Shown: positions 62,118 to 64,000 of the stretch, one piece after another
Position numbering within the stretch: position 1 is the stretch's first letter
Layout of the letters: each line of letters starts with the position of its first letter
Origin: Gynurincola endophyticus
GTDB taxonomy: Bacteria; Bacteroidota; Bacteroidia; Chitinophagales; Chitinophagaceae
DNA: 64,000 nt
Assembly: GCF_003991195.1 (NCBI RefSeq)
Contig: NZ_RCWL01000005.1
Span: 197,078-261,077 of the forward strand
Direction: 5' to 3'
The notes under the pieces: generated by a model
What the model was told of the DNA's origin: nothing
The model's database searches: none
Seen by the model: the letters and a program-made list of their open reading frames with translations, nothing else
Made by a program: the position numbers and the translations under genes

Positions 62118-63917
62118 ATGAAATTAATTAATAAGATATTTTTCGCTGCTGTAACAGTAGGTACTTTATCTGTTACGAGTTGTAATAATATATTGAAAGA
62201 AGAACCTAAAACAGTCTTCTCTACTGAGTACTTTAAAACTCCTGAAGGATTCGAATCAGGTATTGTAACACTATATTCTACCATGCGTTATTTATATGGG
62301 CCGGAAGGTGCTGTAAGTATCAGCGTTAATGGTACAGACGAATGGACGTATGCAGAACAACCACGTAATGGTGCAGGTGGTACAGCCGATCACCTGACGC
62401 TGGGCAATTATACACTCGATGCTGCAAATGGTGGTATCCTCACTCCGTGGAACAGAAGCTTTAACGCGATTAACATGGCAAACATGTTATTAAGTTTTGC
62501 CGAAGAAACCGGAATGGCAGAATCTATGCTCAACGAAAAAAGAGCAGAGATTCATTTTCTGAGAGGATTGTACTATATGAATCTTGTAGCGCAGTTCGGT
62601 GCAGTTCCTTTAGATTTAGGATCTGGTGAGCTGATGTTTAACGATAAACCTTTTCAGGGCTTCAATCGTGAAAATCTTGCAGAGTTACTGGTGAAAAATT
62701 ATAATCTGATTATTGAAGATTTTCAATATGCTACTCAGTTTTTAGCAGAGAGACGCCCTAATAATGCATTCAGGTTATCAAAGTCTGCAGCTTATCATAT
62801 GTTGGCCAAAGCTTATATCCACAGAGGATATTCAAATGCTGCTCAGCCGTCTGACTTCGAAAATGCTTATTTAGCGGCAAAAGAACTCATCGATAACAGA
62901 TCACAGTACGGAACTGAACTGCAAACATATTATGAAGACATTCATGCTGCAGGGAATGATTACAACTCAGAAATTCTATTTTCAATCGAGCGGGTTGTTG
63001 GAAACTTCAATGCAAATGAAGTGAGCGATCCAACCAGTATCAGCGGTTCTAAAGGAATAGATGCACACAATGATTTTTGTGGCGATTACACTTCTGTTCG
63101 TTCACCTCGTTTGAGTTCCAGTACGAGACCAACTGCAACCAGAGCTGTACCATATGGTCGCCCGATTCGTCGTTTCTGTCCGACTCCTTATACTTATTTT
63201 ACCGCTTTTGCCAATAAAAGAGAAGATAGCCGTTATGACGGGTCTTTCAGAAGAGTATACATGGCTACTGAAAATGCAGGTGATTTTGTAGCAGGAGAGG
63301 ATACGGCATTTGTATTGGTGAATTCAGATTATGAAAGAGATTCTTTATATGCGTTGAACAAACCTTACAGAGCAATTCCTCCTTCTGAATATTACTTTAT
63401 CAGCGGTAGTGTGGATGCAAGTCTGACTGCTAACTTTTACCCTTCATTAAGTAAGTATGAAGATCCGGGTAATATTCAGCCGAATAACTCTGCAACAAGA
63501 CCTTTTCCGGTAGCAAAACTTGCTGAAACTTATCTGCTGGCTGCTGAAGCGGCTATGCAAACTAACCGTTTAACGGAAGCACGCGATTATATCAATGTTT
63601 TAAAAAGAAGAGCAGCTAACAGAAAGAACCTTGACGGAGCTACCATCTTGACCAATTATGAAGTATTAAGAGTTGTAAATGCGAATACCATAACTCTTGA
63701 TTATATTCTGGATGAACGTACCAGAGAGTTGTGTGGTGAATCTATGCGCTGGCCTGATCTGGCAGTTAGAAAAAAACTGGTAGAAAGAGTTCGTGCTTAT
63801 AACACTGACGGTGCAGGTAATATTCAGGATCATCACATGTTAAGACCGATCCCAAGATCGCAGTTAGACAATGTATCTGATCCGAATCCGTCCAGATTCC
63901 AAAATCCAGGTTATTAA
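62118..63917 (+). CDS. susD: SusD/RagB family nutrient-binding outer membrane lipoprotein
   Basis: Lipobox LSVTSCNN; TPR-like SusD fold; adjacent to susC. Confidence 0.9.
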   Translation: MKLINKIFFAAVTVGTLSVTSCNNILKEEPKTVFSTEYFKTPEGFESGIVTLYSTMRYLYGPEGAVSISVNGTDEWTYAEQPRNGAGGTADHLTLGNYTLDAANGGILTPWNRSFNAINMANMLLSFAEETGMAESMLNEKRAEIHFLRGLYYMNLVAQFGAVPLDLGSGELMFNDKPFQGFNRENLAELLVKNYNLIIEDFQYATQFLAERRPNNAFRLSKSAAYHMLAKAYIHRGYSNAAQPSDFENAYLAAKELIDNRSQYGTELQTYYEDIHAAGNDYNSEILFSIERVVGNFNANEVSDPTSISGSKGIDAHNDFCGDYTSVRSPRLSSSTRPTATRAVPYGRPIRRFCPTPYTYFTAFANKREDSRYDGSFRRVYMATENAGDFVAGEDTAFVLVNSDYERDSLYALNKPYRAIPPSEYYFISGSVDASLTANFYPSLSKYEDPGNIQPNNSATRPFPVAKLAETYLLAAEAAMQTNRLTEARDYINVLKRRAANRKNLDGATILTNYEVLRVVNANTITLDYILDERTRELCGESMRWPDLAVRKKLVERVRAYNTDGAGNIQDHHMLRPIPRSQLDNVSDPNPSRFQNPGY

Positions 63918-63943
63918 TCGGTAACTCTTTAAACACTTACACA

Positions 63944-64000
63944 ATGACTAAAAATATTATTCGAAATACCTTTTATGCAGCTTCCGCACTGGTGCTGGTG
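63944..64000 (+). CDS. Start of a further secreted protein (3-prime end outside window)
   Basis: MTKNIIRNTFYAASALVLV signal-peptide-like start. Confidence 0.3.
   Translation, partial: MTKNIIRNTFYAASALVLV

Noticed and set aside
1-64000. CRISPR arrays, rRNA genes, intact IS transposases, integrase/att sites
   Set aside because: No evenly spaced short direct repeats, no rRNA-like conserved blocks and no transposase or integrase ORFs were seen. The repeat families found at 9.7-11.4 kb are irregular and hairpin-based, not CRISPR-like.

Overview
This 64-kb window has the gene content of a Bacteroidota chromosome, most likely Sphingobacteriia-like. It carries SusC/SusD, GLPGLI-family and TPR sensor-kinase genes, many cysteine-lipobox lipoproteins, and no Shine-Dalgarno-style spacing. 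The first ~10 kb is the standout. It holds a co-directional, tightly packed three-gene cassette. Gene 1 is a type-III-Res-like SF2 helicase fused to a PD-(D/E)xK nuclease, truncated at its 5-prime end by the window edge. Gene 2 is a 1615-aa protein with an N-terminal sacsin/GHKL-type ATPase domain and a C-terminal Upf1/DNA2-like SF1B helicase. Gene 3 is a 699-aa prokaryotic Argonaute with an intact 5-prime-phosphate-binding MID pocket but a degenerate PIWI catalytic site, i.e. long-B type. Two helicase-family partners in front of an inactive pAgo is reminiscent of DdmDE, but the middle protein is not a combination I can place in any described system. Directly downstream lies about 1.7 kb with no credible ORF. 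That stretch has a strong pyrimidine skew, raised GC, imperfect direct repeats, and a family of nested hairpins built on TGCAAGGG...CCCTTGCA stems. Two ~75-nt composite copies are spaced ~365 bp apart. A second module of interest sits at 29.9-34.0 kb. A WYL-domain regulator is divergent from an SPFH/band-7 gene and an RtcB RNA-ligase gene. The intergenic region carries two related perfect or near-perfect palindromes and a tRNA-like non-coding element. That element has a T-arm, an acceptor-like stem capped by a GNAA tetraloop, U8-A9, and a D-arm with GG, in the permuted arrangement known from bacterial Y RNAs. No Ro60 gene is visible. The rest is ordinary: two two-component systems; an expanded family of five paralogous lipoproteins, four of them in tandem; tandem GLPGLI paralogs with duplicated upstream regions; SRPBCC proteins; a MocR-type regulator; TonB-dependent receptors; an S9 peptidase; GNAT, VOC, SulP and MFS genes; and a xylan-type PUL fragment (GH43, GH115, SDR, SusC/SusD). 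No CRISPR array, rRNA, canonical tRNA or intact transposase gene was found.
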